A stretch of 64,000 nucleotides of DNA from an uncultured virus (IMG/VR IMGVR_UViG_3300010342_000399) (IMGVR_UViG_3300010342_000399), one strand, 5' to 3'; shown: positions 10,910-21,634, counted from the first letter of the stretch. Numbers and translations: made by a program. Notes: a model not told the origin generated them from the letters alone.

Positions 10910-11107
10910 TTATTTTGGGCTTTTCTTATTTTTTTTTGATATATTTTTTCTATAATTCTTAGGTGGTTTATAGACGCCTTGATTTCTGGCATACTCACAC
11001 TTTTCTAAAAGCATTAAACCTCTTCTTTCTGTATATCCATGCCGTCTAGTTTCGTAGCACCCAGAAAAGAAAATACCACACAATAAAATTATAAATAATT
11101 TCCTCAT
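10910..11107 (-). CDS. Small lipoprotein
   Basis: Signal peptide ending FSGC. Confidence 0.65.
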   Translation of the reverse strand: MRKLFIILLCGIFFSGCYETRRHGYTERRGLMLLEKCEYARNQGVYKPPKNYRKNISKKNKKSPK

Positions 11108-11303
11108 ATATAATAAATACTCAAAAAATGAGGCAATATATTATAATATGAGAAACTATCAATGAATTAATATTATTCTTTTTTCTTTGTAGGTAAAAGT
11201 AAAGAAACAACTAATAGTACCACAATTATGAATAATGGTAATAACACATTTTTAACCAATATTAGATCATTCATTTTATGTATTATTTTAAATTAATAGA
11301 AAA

Positions 11304-11567
11304 TTATTTTGATTTAATCCATTTTATATATTTTTTAACTTTGATGTGTCTTTTTAATTTTTCTAATGTGTTAAAACTTCTTCCTAATTCTTTTTCAGAT
11401 ATCAATTTATGGATTTCTTTATGGCAATCTTCTTTACAAATATAGATACCGTTATTTAATTCTTCTTTTGTATAATTTTTTTTGAACCATTTATTTTTAT
11501 GAAGAGAAACAGGAATAAGATGATGAAAGGTTAATACATTTTCTCTTTCACACAATTCACATCTCAT
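11304..11567 (-). CDS. Small HNH-family protein
   Basis: CELC..TFHHLIP..CKEDCHKEIH. Confidence 0.8.
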   Translation of the reverse strand: MRCELCERENVLTFHHLIPVSLHKNKWFKKNYTKEELNNGIYICKEDCHKEIHKLISEKELGRSFNTLEKLKRHIKVKKYIKWIKSK

Positions 11568-11762
11568 ATTTAAATTTATTTTTAAAATTTATTTAATTAT
11601 CCACAATATATTTCGGATCCTCTTTATATATAATTTCTTCTCTGGGTTTTTCAATCTTTTTTTCAAATTCTTTTTTTTGTTCTTTTGTATCAATAAATGA
11701 ATTATGTGTGGCATTCAAATTATCAAGACCTTCTTCAAGTATTTTTAATCTTTTATTCATAA

Positions 11763-12920
11763 TTAAAATGTTTTAATTTTTTCCCATGGCGCAGATGGAT
11801 TTAAAAAATGACCACCTTTCGCTATTTCGTTATATTTAACAACATTAAAATCAGTTAATTTTAAATAACTAATTATTCCTTTTGGTGATAAATCAAAATT
11901 ATTTTTAATTAATTTTACCAAATAATCTTCAGGATATTTACTATCTGAATTAACTGAAATACTAAATGGTTGTGTTTGACCAATTGCATATGATAATTGA
12001 ACAAGAACTTCATTAGCATAATCATTTACAACTAAACTTTTAGCAATGTGTCGCGCCATATATGAAGCTGATCTATCTACTTTAGAAGGATCTTTACCGC
12101 TAAAAGCCCCACCACCATGAGGAGCAAAGCCGCCATAAGTATCGACTATTATTTTTCTGCCAGTTAAGCCCGCATCACTTTCAGGCCCACCAATCCAGAA
12201 CGGCCCGGCAGAATTTATAAGAATTTCAATATCTTTTTCTTTTAATATACTTTTCTCATAATATCCTAATATTTCATCAATAACTTCTTTTTTTAAAATT
12301 TGTCTAACTTCTTCAACTTCTAATTTTTTATTATGAAAAGAAGATAAAATAATTTTATCAATCCATATATTACCATTTTGATAATAACAACAAACTTGTG
12401 ATTTATTATCTGTATAGATTCCATCTAATTTTCCTGCCATTATTTTATTATTCAACAGATTTAAAATATCTGCAGCTACTACATATGGCATTGAAAGATA
12501 TGAACTTTGTCCGAATCTTTCCATTTCAGATGTTGCATAGCCAAACATAATTCCTTGATCTCCCGCACCTATATCACCATCAGATTTATCTACACTTTCA
12601 TGTATGTTTAATGATTGTGGTTTAATATAAATTGAAATATCAAGATTTCCATCTCTAAATTGACATGGAACGTTTGAATTATAACCGGCATTAATAACAG
12701 CATTTGTTATTGTACCATTAATAAATTCGGGAGGAAACATTACAGTACTAGTTATTTCACCAGCAACAATAAGTTTATTACCTGAAACAAGTGTTTCTGC
12801 TGCGACTCTTGCAGATGGATCTTTACTAAGATATAAATCAAGAATAGCATCCGATATTTGATCAGCCACTTTATCTGGATGTCCTATTCCAACATATTCT
12901 GAACTTATATGCCTATTCAT
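11763..12920 (-). CDS. metK: S-adenosylmethionine synthetase
   Basis: GHPDKVADQISD, GAGDQG, GLTGRKIIVDTYGG, GGGAFSGKDPSKVDRS. Confidence 0.98.
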   Translation of the reverse strand: MNRHISSEYVGIGHPDKVADQISDAILDLYLSKDPSARVAAETLVSGNKLIVAGEITSTVMFPPEFINGTITNAVINAGYNSNVPCQFRDGNLDISIYIKPQSLNIHESVDKSDGDIGAGDQGIMFGYATSEMERFGQSSYLSMPYVVAADILNLLNNKIMAGKLDGIYTDNKSQVCCYYQNGNIWIDKIILSSFHNKKLEVEEVRQILKKEVIDEILGYYEKSILKEKDIEILINSAGPFWIGGPESDAGLTGRKIIVDTYGGFAPHGGGAFSGKDPSKVDRSASYMARHIAKSLVVNDYANEVLVQLSYAIGQTQPFSISVNSDSKYPEDYLVKLIKNNFDLSPKGIISYLKLTDFNVVKYNEIAKGGHFLNPSAPWEKIKTF

Positions 12921-12924
12921 GTAA

Positions 12925-13263
12925 TTAAAAAGGAATGTTATTTTTTAAATTAAATAAACTAATTAAATCGTTTTTTGTTAATTCATTAAACTTAGAAACG
13001 ACATCATTAAAGTAAGTATAATCGTTTCTTTCTGATACAGTCAGATTTAATTTACCACCTATATGATTTCTTTGATTTAATAATCTTCCACTAGAAATTA
13101 CTCTACCTATAAATCTCTGAAACTGATCATATTTAGAACAAACAGCAATTCCAAGAGAAAGTATATCATTTTCAAATAACCCAGCAATGGTATATCTAGT
13201 ACCATCAATAGTTTTACCATGAAAATACATTATATCTATATTATTCAATTGTTTAGTTTTCAT
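12925..13263 (-). CDS. Hypothetical phage protein
   Basis: GIAVCS.xDQF...GR motif. Confidence 0.7.
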   Translation of the reverse strand: MKTKQLNNIDIMYFHGKTIDGTRYTIAGLFENDILSLGIAVCSKYDQFQRFIGRVISSGRLLNQRNHIGGKLNLTVSERNDYTYFNDVVSKFNELTKNDLISLFNLKNNIPF

Positions 13264-13574
13264 ACTTTATTAATATATAAAAGGTGAATAAAATGTTTAT
13301 ATATAGGATTTTGCTCATTAAAATATTCAAAAGCAATTTTATTTGCTCGTTTTTTTGACGTAGTAATTACCATTACTTTTTTTAGCCACTTCACGGTATT
13401 TGTTATTTCTATTGTCGGTTTATTTTTCTTTAAATAAATTAAACCTTGAATTACATATGGTTTAAAAAAAAACTTTCGAATGGAATATATTATATGTTTA
13501 TCAGTAGGTTCTTCTAAAATAATTTTATCAACAGAAACATTTTTATTTATTTCTTTTTCATATCGATATCTCAT
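13260..13574 (-). CDS. Hypothetical protein
   Basis: ORF from ATG 13574 with ATGA overlap downstream. Confidence 0.55.
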   Translation of the reverse strand: MRYRYEKEINKNVSVDKIILEEPTDKHIIYSIRKFFFKPYVIQGLIYLKKNKPTIEITNTVKWLKKVMVITTSKKRANKIAFEYFNEQNPIYKHFIHLLYINKV

Positions 13575-13615
13575 AACATTTATATTTATATAAAAAATAC
13601 AAAATATTTTTGATT

Positions 13616-14569
13616 TTACCAAATAAAATTACCAGTTTCTTCAACATCGTGTCCTTTTCTTCTTCCAAATTTAAACCATTTCTTTTTAAATTTATATGAA
13701 ACAGGCATTTCATCTGTACATACCGTTTTTAACATTTCAATCATCTCTGGCTGTGGATGGATATCACTTTTATCTTTACGATATGAAGTATGTGACCATA
13801 ATCCGGGTTTTCCGCCAACAGCTTCTTCAGAAAAATTAAATATAGAAGGATTATAATATAATGGTATATTATATTTATTTCTCCAAAATAAAATTAATTC
13901 GCCTACAGTTCTTATCTGTGCATTTGTATATTTTTCAAAATAATTATAACCCCTATATTTTTCGGGATAATATTGTATATCTTGTGGAGAAAGATTAACA
14001 CTATTCCCATATACTGTATAATATTTACCTGTTGCAGTATATATTAATCTTGGACTACCATCTTCATTTTTACCAAATTGTTTATTTGTTCCGTCACCTA
14101 ATATCAATCCACCCCAATTATCGATTTCAATACCTATTGAATGTTTATCCAAACTATGATCTCCAGTTCCTAAATGATAAGCCCAATATTTTGATGAAAA
14201 TAGTTGCCATGGAGTACCTTCCCTGTCAATTATAATCGCAACACCAACATTGTATTTTCCATTTATCCAAGTTTGAATATCGCCATCAATTGACATTCCA
14301 GAAACAGTATGATGTAAAACTATTTGTGTTTTGGGATATTCGTTATGATAATATTTTTCTTGAGGAAATGGATATAATTTAATTTTTGTAAGATTTATTG
14401 GTGATAAATTTATCCATAGATTTTCATTAATTTTTGAAACATTACTACTAGTGCTAGGACTAACACTAGGATTTAGGGTAGAACTAGGACTAATCACAGG
14501 AATGGAGCTAGGACTGGGACTAGGACTAATCATAGATGGTTTTTTAAAAATATTAATACAAGTAAACAT
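13616..14569 (-). CDS. N-acetylmuramoyl-L-alanine amidase (Amidase_2), endolysin-like, with Ser/Pro-rich N-terminus
   Basis: IVLHHT, WAYHLG, SIGIEI, YTNAQI, SH..RKDKSDIHP. Confidence 0.88.
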   Translation of the reverse strand: MFTCINIFKKPSMISPSPSPSSIPVISPSSTLNPSVSPSTSSNVSKINENLWINLSPINLTKIKLYPFPQEKYYHNEYPKTQIVLHHTVSGMSIDGDIQTWINGKYNVGVAIIIDREGTPWQLFSSKYWAYHLGTGDHSLDKHSIGIEIDNWGGLILGDGTNKQFGKNEDGSPRLIYTATGKYYTVYGNSVNLSPQDIQYYPEKYRGYNYFEKYTNAQIRTVGELILFWRNKYNIPLYYNPSIFNFSEEAVGGKPGLWSHTSYRKDKSDIHPQPEMIEMLKTVCTDEMPVSYKFKKKWFKFGRRKGHDVEETGNFIW

Positions 14570-14605
14570 ATGAAAGACAAATTTTAAATATTAATATACA
14601 TTATT

Positions 14606-15103
14606 TTAAAAATGATGAAAATCCATTTCTCTAATGCCCATTGATTGCCTTTTATATTTTGCCATTTCTTTACAAAACATAGCCCATTGATCACCATCAC
14701 GTATTGCATAAAGAACTAAATATGGCTTAAATGGTTCGGATGTGGCTATATGCACATTTGAGATACCAACTAATCTCATAAAAAATGGTTTAGACACTCG
14801 TACCGATTTTATTCTGAAATATTGAATCTGAACTGTTGTTACTGAAAAAACACCCTTTTCTTCAATAATTATTTCTGAATCTTCATCCATATAAAAACTC
14901 CAACAATGGATTTTTAAAGTTTTCCATATCCACTTAACGAAGGGTATTAAAAATATCCATGTAACAACAATAATGTTAGGGTGTTCTTTACCATATTCAC
15001 CAAATGTGATTACTGCAAACAAATAACCACATCCAAGTGCAATAAGTAATAATGGAAAATTTACCCATTGTGATGGTTTAAGAGTTACTTTAACTTTTTC
15101 CAT
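14606..15103 (-). CDS. Membrane protein with a bacterial PH (bPH_2) domain
   Basis: Two TM helices then EKGVFS..IQYFRIKSV..FFMRLVGI. Confidence 0.75.
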   Translation of the reverse strand: MEKVKVTLKPSQWVNFPLLLIALGCGYLFAVITFGEYGKEHPNIIVVTWIFLIPFVKWIWKTLKIHCWSFYMDEDSEIIIEEKGVFSVTTVQIQYFRIKSVRVSKPFFMRLVGISNVHIATSEPFKPYLVLYAIRDGDQWAMFCKEMAKYKRQSMGIREMDFHHF

Positions 15104-15589
15104 GATTTTAAATTTTAATTGGTTATAACTTAATTTCTGAAATATAAGATGAGCACGGACTTATACATTTTTTAATATCAATGTCAAGATTTAGATATCT
15201 ATTTTATTTTCGACATTTATTGAAAAATTTACAATTATGGAGAAAATTTTCGGATTCTTCCTTTATTTTGTTTGCTTTTTTAATATTATTACCATTAAGA
15301 TAATAAAGTGCATCGTTAAGATTAATGTGAGATTTAAGATAATTTTCTATTTCTTCAATTGTAAATAATTCTTTCATTTTTATTAACCTTATTTTAAACA
15401 TCTAATTATGTACAAAGATAAAAATTTTATATGAATTTACCAAATTTTTTTGAATATAAATTAATATTTTGATAAAAAAAAATAATTCCGTAATATTTTC
15501 ATAAATTTTACGAAATTAATTTAACACCACACATTAATTTTCATCTTATTTCCGGAAGTTCTAGCAATTTTTCAGGATAAATAAAAAAA

Positions 15590-15835
15590 ATAAGTTACCT
15601 AGTGGTAAGGCATATAGATAATATCAAAAACTATGTCCATGTCAAAGTCCCTCTTCTACCACAAGGACAAGGACAAAATCTAAGTCTTTATTATAAAAAA
15701 AATACTTAAATTTGTAGATTGTAGAAGAGGTGATGTAGAATTCACGATTATCTATTATTTTAAAGAACCTTACCACTAAATGTAAAGAAAGATAAAACTC
15801 GGCTTGTGCTTTGTTTACCTTTCACCTTATTTTTT
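15590..15835 (-). ncRNA. Candidate structured ncRNA downstream of the 308-aa gene
   Basis: Three nested perfect helices: 15600-15610/15768-15778, 15614-15622/15747-15755, 15650-15659/15721-15730; hexamer repeats in the loops. Confidence 0.6.
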
Positions 15836-15840
15836 TTTAA

Positions 15841-16767
15841 TTACTCCTTAATTTGATCTGAAAATATATCAATAGTTTTCTGAAATCTTTTATCGACACT
15901 TATACGCATTGATACTATTTCTTTAATGCGAGCTTGACGAGTTTTTTCAAACTCTGCTTTAAGAGTTTGAATTTTTTCTGTGGCTTCTGCAAATGCGACT
16001 TGATACTGATTGTATCTATCTTTGTTAATCTTTTCTGCTTCATTCTGTGCATCTGCATTAAGGTTGGCGATGCGAGCATTCTCTTCAGTAACCAAGTTTT
16101 TAACCTTAGCTTTAAAATAATTAACTCTCTGCTCAAATTTGCGATGAATGATAGCGAGTTTTTCGTGAATATTGAGAAGATGCTCAGAAGTGTGATGAAT
16201 ATTAATTTTGACCGGACTTTTAGATCCATCACCTTTAATATTCATCCACTCAATGTCAGGTATATTTGGAAGTTCTTCTCTTAAAGTGTCGAGAATGGAA
16301 CCATCATGAATAAATTGACCAATATGTGAAGCATATGCTTCCGCTTCAATATATTCATTTATTTCGGCAACGGTGAGTTGTTCCCAACCCCAATTTTCAT
16401 CAACCTGTGGAATTATGTTAGGCTCCTCTCTTACCCAATCTTCGGGAAATTTAACTTGAGAAAGATCTGCCGTCATATTTTTAGCCTCATTCAACATGTC
16501 ATCCTTCGCTTTAATGTTTTCCATAAGGAATCCTTGGCAAGCATGAAGATCTCCCTTCTCTATAAGAAGATCAACAATATTAGAAGGAAGTTCACGTCCT
16601 TTGACGATTATATGTTCTTTTCCATCAATTTCTACAGATTTACTGGCATTATTAATAGAAGCCAAAAGATTATTAATTTCGATAGCTCTTTGATAACAAA
16701 GATTAGATATTGACTGAGCCTGTGAAAGACTTAAACCGTTATTTGGAGTAAGTGAATTCTTTTTCAT
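15841..16767 (-). CDS. Conserved coiled-coil phage protein
   Basis: GLSLSQAQSISNL and EAYASHIGQFIH motifs; helical C-terminal half. Confidence 0.85.
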   Translation of the reverse strand: MKKNSLTPNNGLSLSQAQSISNLCYQRAIEINNLLASINNASKSVEIDGKEHIIVKGRELPSNIVDLLIEKGDLHACQGFLMENIKAKDDMLNEAKNMTADLSQVKFPEDWVREEPNIIPQVDENWGWEQLTVAEINEYIEAEAYASHIGQFIHDGSILDTLREELPNIPDIEWMNIKGDGSKSPVKINIHHTSEHLLNIHEKLAIIHRKFEQRVNYFKAKVKNLVTEENARIANLNADAQNEAEKINKDRYNQYQVAFAEATEKIQTLKAEFEKTRQARIKEIVSMRISVDKRFQKTIDIFSDQIKE

Positions 16768-16852
16768 GTTTGTAAGTTTTTAATTAATGATTGTAAGCAT
16801 AAAAATATGTATTATTTTTTAAACTGCCAAATATTTTTTAATTTTTTTATGA

Positions 16853-17749
16853 TTAAAGTTTATTTATATATTTTTTAATACCATCTTCTAGTTCAATAAA
16901 TGGTTTTTGATATCCAACTTTTCGTAATTTATCTATTTTTGCTTCTGTAAAATATTGATAATTATTTCTTATTTCAAGTGGAATATCAATATAATCAATA
17001 TTAATTGGTTTATGATTAAAAACAGCTTTTGCAAGATCTTTAAATGTTCTTGCTTTTCCCGTCCCTACATTATATATTCCTGATTCAACTACATGTTCAA
17101 ACATCCAAATACAAACATCTACAATATCATCAATATAAATAAAATCTCTTAATTGTTCACCATCTTTATATTCGGGGTTATGTGATTTAAATAACTTAAC
17201 ACGGCCATTCTTTTTTATTTGATTATACATTTGAAATGCGACTGATGCCATATTATCTTTATGACTTTCATCATATCCATAAACATTAAAAAATTTTAAA
17301 CCATACCAATATGGTGGATGAATGTTATTTTTAGCGGAATATCTAGTATATAAATCAAATTCTTGTTTGGACCAACCATATCTATTAAGAGGTGCTAAAT
17401 TACTAATATCGCATTCATCATCAAATCCATTTTTTCCATCACCATATGTTGCGCCCGTACTTGCGTAAATTAACGGTATTTTATAGGTACTGCAAAGATT
17501 CCATATTTCTACTGATGATGAAAAATTATAAAGATAAAACATGTTTTTATCTGTTAAGATGGTATCAACAATTGCGCCCATATGGAAAATTCCTTTAATA
17601 TTTTCCTGATGTTTAGATATATAATCATAAATATAATCTAATGATTGTGTTTTAGTATCTAAAGATATAACATCAGAATATCCACGTTTAACTAATTCAT
17701 TAATTAGAGCCTTACCAATAAAACCTTGTCCGCCAGTTACTATTATCAT
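16853..17749 (-). CDS. hldD: ADP-L-glycero-D-manno-heptose 6-epimerase
   Basis: IIVTGGQGFIG, YASTGATYG, PLNRYGWSK, FFNVYG..E.HK..MASV, GEQLRDFIY. Confidence 0.93.
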   Translation of the reverse strand: MIIVTGGQGFIGKALINELVKRGYSDVISLDTKTQSLDYIYDYISKHQENIKGIFHMGAIVDTILTDKNMFYLYNFSSSVEIWNLCSTYKIPLIYASTGATYGDGKNGFDDECDISNLAPLNRYGWSKQEFDLYTRYSAKNNIHPPYWYGLKFFNVYGYDESHKDNMASVAFQMYNQIKKNGRVKLFKSHNPEYKDGEQLRDFIYIDDIVDVCIWMFEHVVESGIYNVGTGKARTFKDLAKAVFNHKPINIDYIDIPLEIRNNYQYFTEAKIDKLRKVGYQKPFIELEDGIKKYINKL

Positions 17750-18150
17750 GATTTCTTAATTTTTTCAATTATTTTACTTGAAGATCTATTATCTTTTGGA
17801 AAAAAAACTACATCATTTTTAGAAAATTCTCTGCAAAATATATTTTTATCTTTATATTCATCACCTATCATCATATAATCAATATTAAAACTTTTTATAT
17901 AATTACACATTTCTTCCTGTGTATCGTAAATAACAACTTTATCAACCATTTTTAAAGATTCCAATAATCTTTTACGGTCATTTTCATTATTAATTGGTCT
18001 ATCATTTCCTTTTAATTCTTTAACTCGTTTATCACTATCAATTCCAACATATAAGATATTTTTTTTATTTTTATATTTTTTTGCTGCTTGAAGTAAATTT
18101 AAATGTCCCACATGTAAAATATCAAAACAACCATTAACCCATATATTCAT
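17746..18150 (-). CDS. Heptose-1-phosphate adenylyltransferase (HldC/RfaE2-like)
   Basis: NGCFDILHVGH, GIDSD..VKELKG..RPIN, SSSKII. Confidence 0.9.
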   Translation of the reverse strand: MNIWVNGCFDILHVGHLNLLQAAKKYKNKKNILYVGIDSDKRVKELKGNDRPINNENDRKRLLESLKMVDKVVIYDTQEEMCNYIKSFNIDYMMIGDEYKDKNIFCREFSKNDVVFFPKDNRSSSKIIEKIKKS

Positions 18151-18154
18151 AATT

Positions 18155-18991
18155 TTAATCTCCTTTTTCTATTCTTATTGAATCATCATCAAAATCTGTT
18201 GTTGATACCTCTATAATAATTGAATTTGTAAGTGCCATTAACTGATGTTCGATATTTGGCATAATTTCAATTTTATCTCCCTTTTCAAAAATTCGATATT
18301 TGAAAAAATTATTATTATTAATAATACATTCAAATTTTCCCCACGCACAAAACCATAATTCTTGTTTAATTATATGTTTATGCCAGCTAAATTTCATACC
18401 TTTAAAGAACACCAAATATTTTAAACAATATTTTTCATTATTAATAAAATGTATCTCAAATCCCCAGCCTTTCTTTACAATTTTGGAATTTGAATTTAAT
18501 CCGATAAAAGTCTGAGTCCAAAATTCTTTATCAAAATTAGTAATATTGTGACACTTTTTACATAATGTTATTAGATTATTCTCCTCATTATTTTTTTTAT
18601 TATAATCAATGTGATGCACTTCTAATTTATTTTTAGAATTACACATTACACAAGAATAATTGTCTCTTTTTTTAATTTTATTTTTTAAAAATTTATTAAA
18701 TCGGTTTTTATGAAAATGACTTAAATTAGTTTCTTTATTGTTAAATTTGTTTCTTGCACAATTTAAAGAACAAAATATTTTTTCTTGTTCTATATTTGAT
18801 TTTTTTCTTATATATTCAAATTCTTTCCCACATACTATACAATTTCTTTTTTCTTTATTATTGTTCCATGCAGGATTATTATCATTTAATTTTAATTGAC
18901 TTATATATTGAGATAAACAATTTTTTGAACAAACAACATTTTCTTGGTAATTTATAATTTCATTACCACAAATTTTACAAGGAGTAGTCAT
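18155..18991 (-). CDS. HNH endonuclease fused to a C-terminal sugar-isomerase-type cupin
   Basis: CxxC repeats, RDNYSCVMC..LEVHHIDY..NLITLCKKCH; then KGWGFE..SWHKH..K.E..H..EVST. Confidence 0.85.
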   Translation of the reverse strand: MTTPCKICGNEIINYQENVVCSKNCLSQYISQLKLNDNNPAWNNNKEKRNCIVCGKEFEYIRKKSNIEQEKIFCSLNCARNKFNNKETNLSHFHKNRFNKFLKNKIKKRDNYSCVMCNSKNKLEVHHIDYNKKNNEENNLITLCKKCHNITNFDKEFWTQTFIGLNSNSKIVKKGWGFEIHFINNEKYCLKYLVFFKGMKFSWHKHIIKQELWFCAWGKFECIINNNNFFKYRIFEKGDKIEIMPNIEHQLMALTNSIIIEVSTTDFDDDSIRIEKGD

Positions 18992-19791
18992 TAGTTATAG
19001 CCATTATTTTCTAATTTATCCATACTAACAATAGCAACGCCTTTTTGAGTTACTGCCCATGCAGCGCACCTATTAGCAAATTTTATTGATTTATCTAAAT
19101 TAAAATCATTGGTTAAATATCCATATACTAATGCGGCTAAAAATGTATCCCCAGCGCCAGTTAAATCACGAACAGGATGTTCACGTTTAATCGGAAATTT
19201 TTTTTCAATCAATTTATTTTCGTGATTAGTAAAAACTAATTTTGCTCCGTTTTTACCTGTTGTTACAATAATATTATTTTTATATTTTGTTGTTAAATAT
19301 TTAGCATTATCCCAGAATTCCTTTTCATTAATTTTAATATATCTAATATTTTGTGCCCAGTCATCTATTTTTTTCTTACTATCCATAAAAATTAAATCAT
19401 GTGATTGACTAATGAATTTAATTTGATCAGCATTTAAAAAACCTTTATTATAATCACTAATTATTACGGCATCATAAGAATTATATTTAATTTCTTTTAA
19501 TTTACTCCATTTAACTGGTGAAATAATATCATTTCTATCCACTCTAATAATAAGTTGATTAGATGCTTCGTCAATGTATCTTATTTTAATGGGTTTACTA
19601 TCATTAGTAACTATATCACATAAAATACCCAATTCCATTAAATTTTTACTTACATTCATTGACATTCCAAAATTTTCTTTTTTGTGTATAGGTATAAATG
19701 CGGGAACAGGGGCTTCGGGACACATTCTTCGACAATCACCATATTCAAATACATCAAGGCAACTATCACCAATTACTAAAACTTTTAACAT
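18991..19791 (-). CDS. Heptose-7-phosphate kinase (HldA/RfaE1-like, PfkB family)
   Basis: LVIGDSCLD, R.CPEAPVP, ISDYNKG, DLTGAGDTF. Confidence 0.92.
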   Translation of the reverse strand: MLKVLVIGDSCLDVFEYGDCRRMCPEAPVPAFIPIHKKENFGMSMNVSKNLMELGILCDIVTNDSKPIKIRYIDEASNQLIIRVDRNDIISPVKWSKLKEIKYNSYDAVIISDYNKGFLNADQIKFISQSHDLIFMDSKKKIDDWAQNIRYIKINEKEFWDNAKYLTTKYKNNIIVTTGKNGAKLVFTNHENKLIEKKFPIKREHPVRDLTGAGDTFLAALVYGYLTNDFNLDKSIKFANRCAAWAVTQKGVAIVSMDKLENNGYN

Positions 19792-20545
19792 TAATTATCG
19801 GATTCATCTTTTTTTATGGCATCGATGGCCGAATTATTCTCACTATAATTAGGTGGATATCCAATTTTTCTTAGTGTTTTATGATACATAATTGTATTAA
19901 GTACACCAACAAAAAAGTGTGTAAGAATATATAAAAAAACCATGGATCCTAACCAAACCCAAAAACTACTAAATATAAAATCTAAAATATCTATCATTTG
20001 GGGTATACTTTTATATTTTTGTGATCTATCCAAAAAATTATTAAAATCCACATTACTATACAAATACCCGATAAAATAGGAATCCATATAGGACTAATAA
20101 TCCACCACCAGTGCCATTTAATAACTCCAAAAACTTTTAATATTATCAATATTAATGTTGGTATTGCAATCCAATTAAAAATAATTCGCATAATAATTTA
20201 TTTAATTCTTTTTACACCATTAAATTGAACAAGCTTAGTATTTTTAAATTTAAAACTATATTCATATAGAATTCTGTGTTTCTTTTTGGCTATTTCAATT
20301 TCAGATTCATGATATCTATCTCCTTTAAAAATTGTCGAGTTACCAAGATTTTTACGGATTTCTTTATCTTCTATTGGTGAATAAACCTTTACTGTTTCCA
20401 TTTTTTATAATTTAATAGACAAATATAACACTTATTTTTTAAAAAACAAATTGTACTGAATCTTGAATAGCAAATTTATTTTAATCGTTTTATTTGATCT
20501 GAATTAACAAATGTTTTGGGAGTTTTATCTCTTAATGTTTTCATT

Positions 20546-20935
20546 TTATAAAGAAATTTCAAAACGATTTTTCATTTTATCTATTATTTCATCAGGTACA
20601 TTATGAATGTTTATTCCGCCATGACGATTTTCCACAATTATAGAAAATATTTTATATCCATATTTTGTTGCTAAATTATAATATGGATTCATTTCTTTAA
20701 TTGTTGTTGAAGTATTGGCAATAATAATTTTTGGTGATTCTATTTTCATAAGGCTTTCACATTTTTCCTGACATTTTTGATGGGCTATAGAAACATTTTC
20801 TGGTTTCCAATCATATTTATCTTCAACCATGTGATAATCATCTGCAGTACAAATATGTGCGTTTTCGAATAGTTCAGCAACTGTTGATTTTCCGCTTCCT
20901 GGTAATCCTCTTATAATAATTAATGATTTATTCAT
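20546..20935 (-). CDS. P-loop kinase (AAA_33, polynucleotide-kinase-like)
   Basis: RGLPGSGKST, ADDY, NT, HNVP. Confidence 0.85.
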   Translation of the reverse strand: MNKSLIIIRGLPGSGKSTVAELFENAHICTADDYHMVEDKYDWKPENVSIAHQKCQEKCESLMKIESPKIIIANTSTTIKEMNPYYNLATKYGYKIFSIIVENRHGGINIHNVPDEIIDKMKNRFEISL

Positions 20936-21002
20936 ATTTAAATCAAATTATGTTGCAAACATAATATTTTTTTTCGAATTTCCAAGAATATTTTTATAAT
21001 TT

Positions 21003-21371
21003 TTATTGTTTACCATGAAATACATATTTCAACCACGCAAAATGTTTCCTAGTTTTTAAGTAATCAAGATCATATTCATGAATATATGCTTCTCTTTCAT
21101 AACTTATTCGATAATAAGATTTTTTCCATGGTGGTAAAATAATTTTAATTAACCATTCTACCAAATACCATATATAAAAAAATATTATTAACATTTCCAA
21201 CTGTTGATGCCAATGTATTTTTTCGTGATTTATATCCACTTTATTAGATAATTGTTGTTTTTTCTTAAAATATATTCCAAATGGGGCAAGAGTTATACCA
21301 ATAGCCCATCCAAATGTAATAAATTTTACAAACCAATTCATAAGTTTAATTTTAGGATCATATAAACTCAT
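21003..21371 (-). CDS. Membrane-associated HExxH protein
   Basis: NHEKIHWHQQLE and ISYEREAY. Confidence 0.75.
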   Translation of the reverse strand: MSLYDPKIKLMNWFVKFITFGWAIGITLAPFGIYFKKKQQLSNKVDINHEKIHWHQQLEMLIIFFYIWYLVEWLIKIILPPWKKSYYRISYEREAYIHEYDLDYLKTRKHFAWLKYVFHGKQ

Positions 21372-21634
21372 ATTTTTCTGAAATTAGTTACATATTTTAA
21401 TTCGTTATTTATATATATACCATCAACAAGCACTTCATATTCATAATTATTCTTTTTGGAAACAGATGTTTCTTTTAATATATTAAACAATTTTGTTCCT
21501 TCAATTGTTTTAAGTTTGTGTTTATGATTTTCATTTTCAATAATATATGAACAATATGTGAATGGCGTTCTAGTACTTTTATATCCTGATCGTCTTATAA
21601 ATTTCCATGTTACTCGAAGTGTTTCTCTCCTCAT
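21368..21634 (-). CDS. Hypothetical protein
   Basis: ATGA overlaps with its neighbours. Confidence 0.6.
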   Translation of the reverse strand: MRRETLRVTWKFIRRSGYKSTRTPFTYCSYIIENENHKHKLKTIEGTKLFNILKETSVSKKNNYEYEVLVDGIYINNELKYVTNFRKI

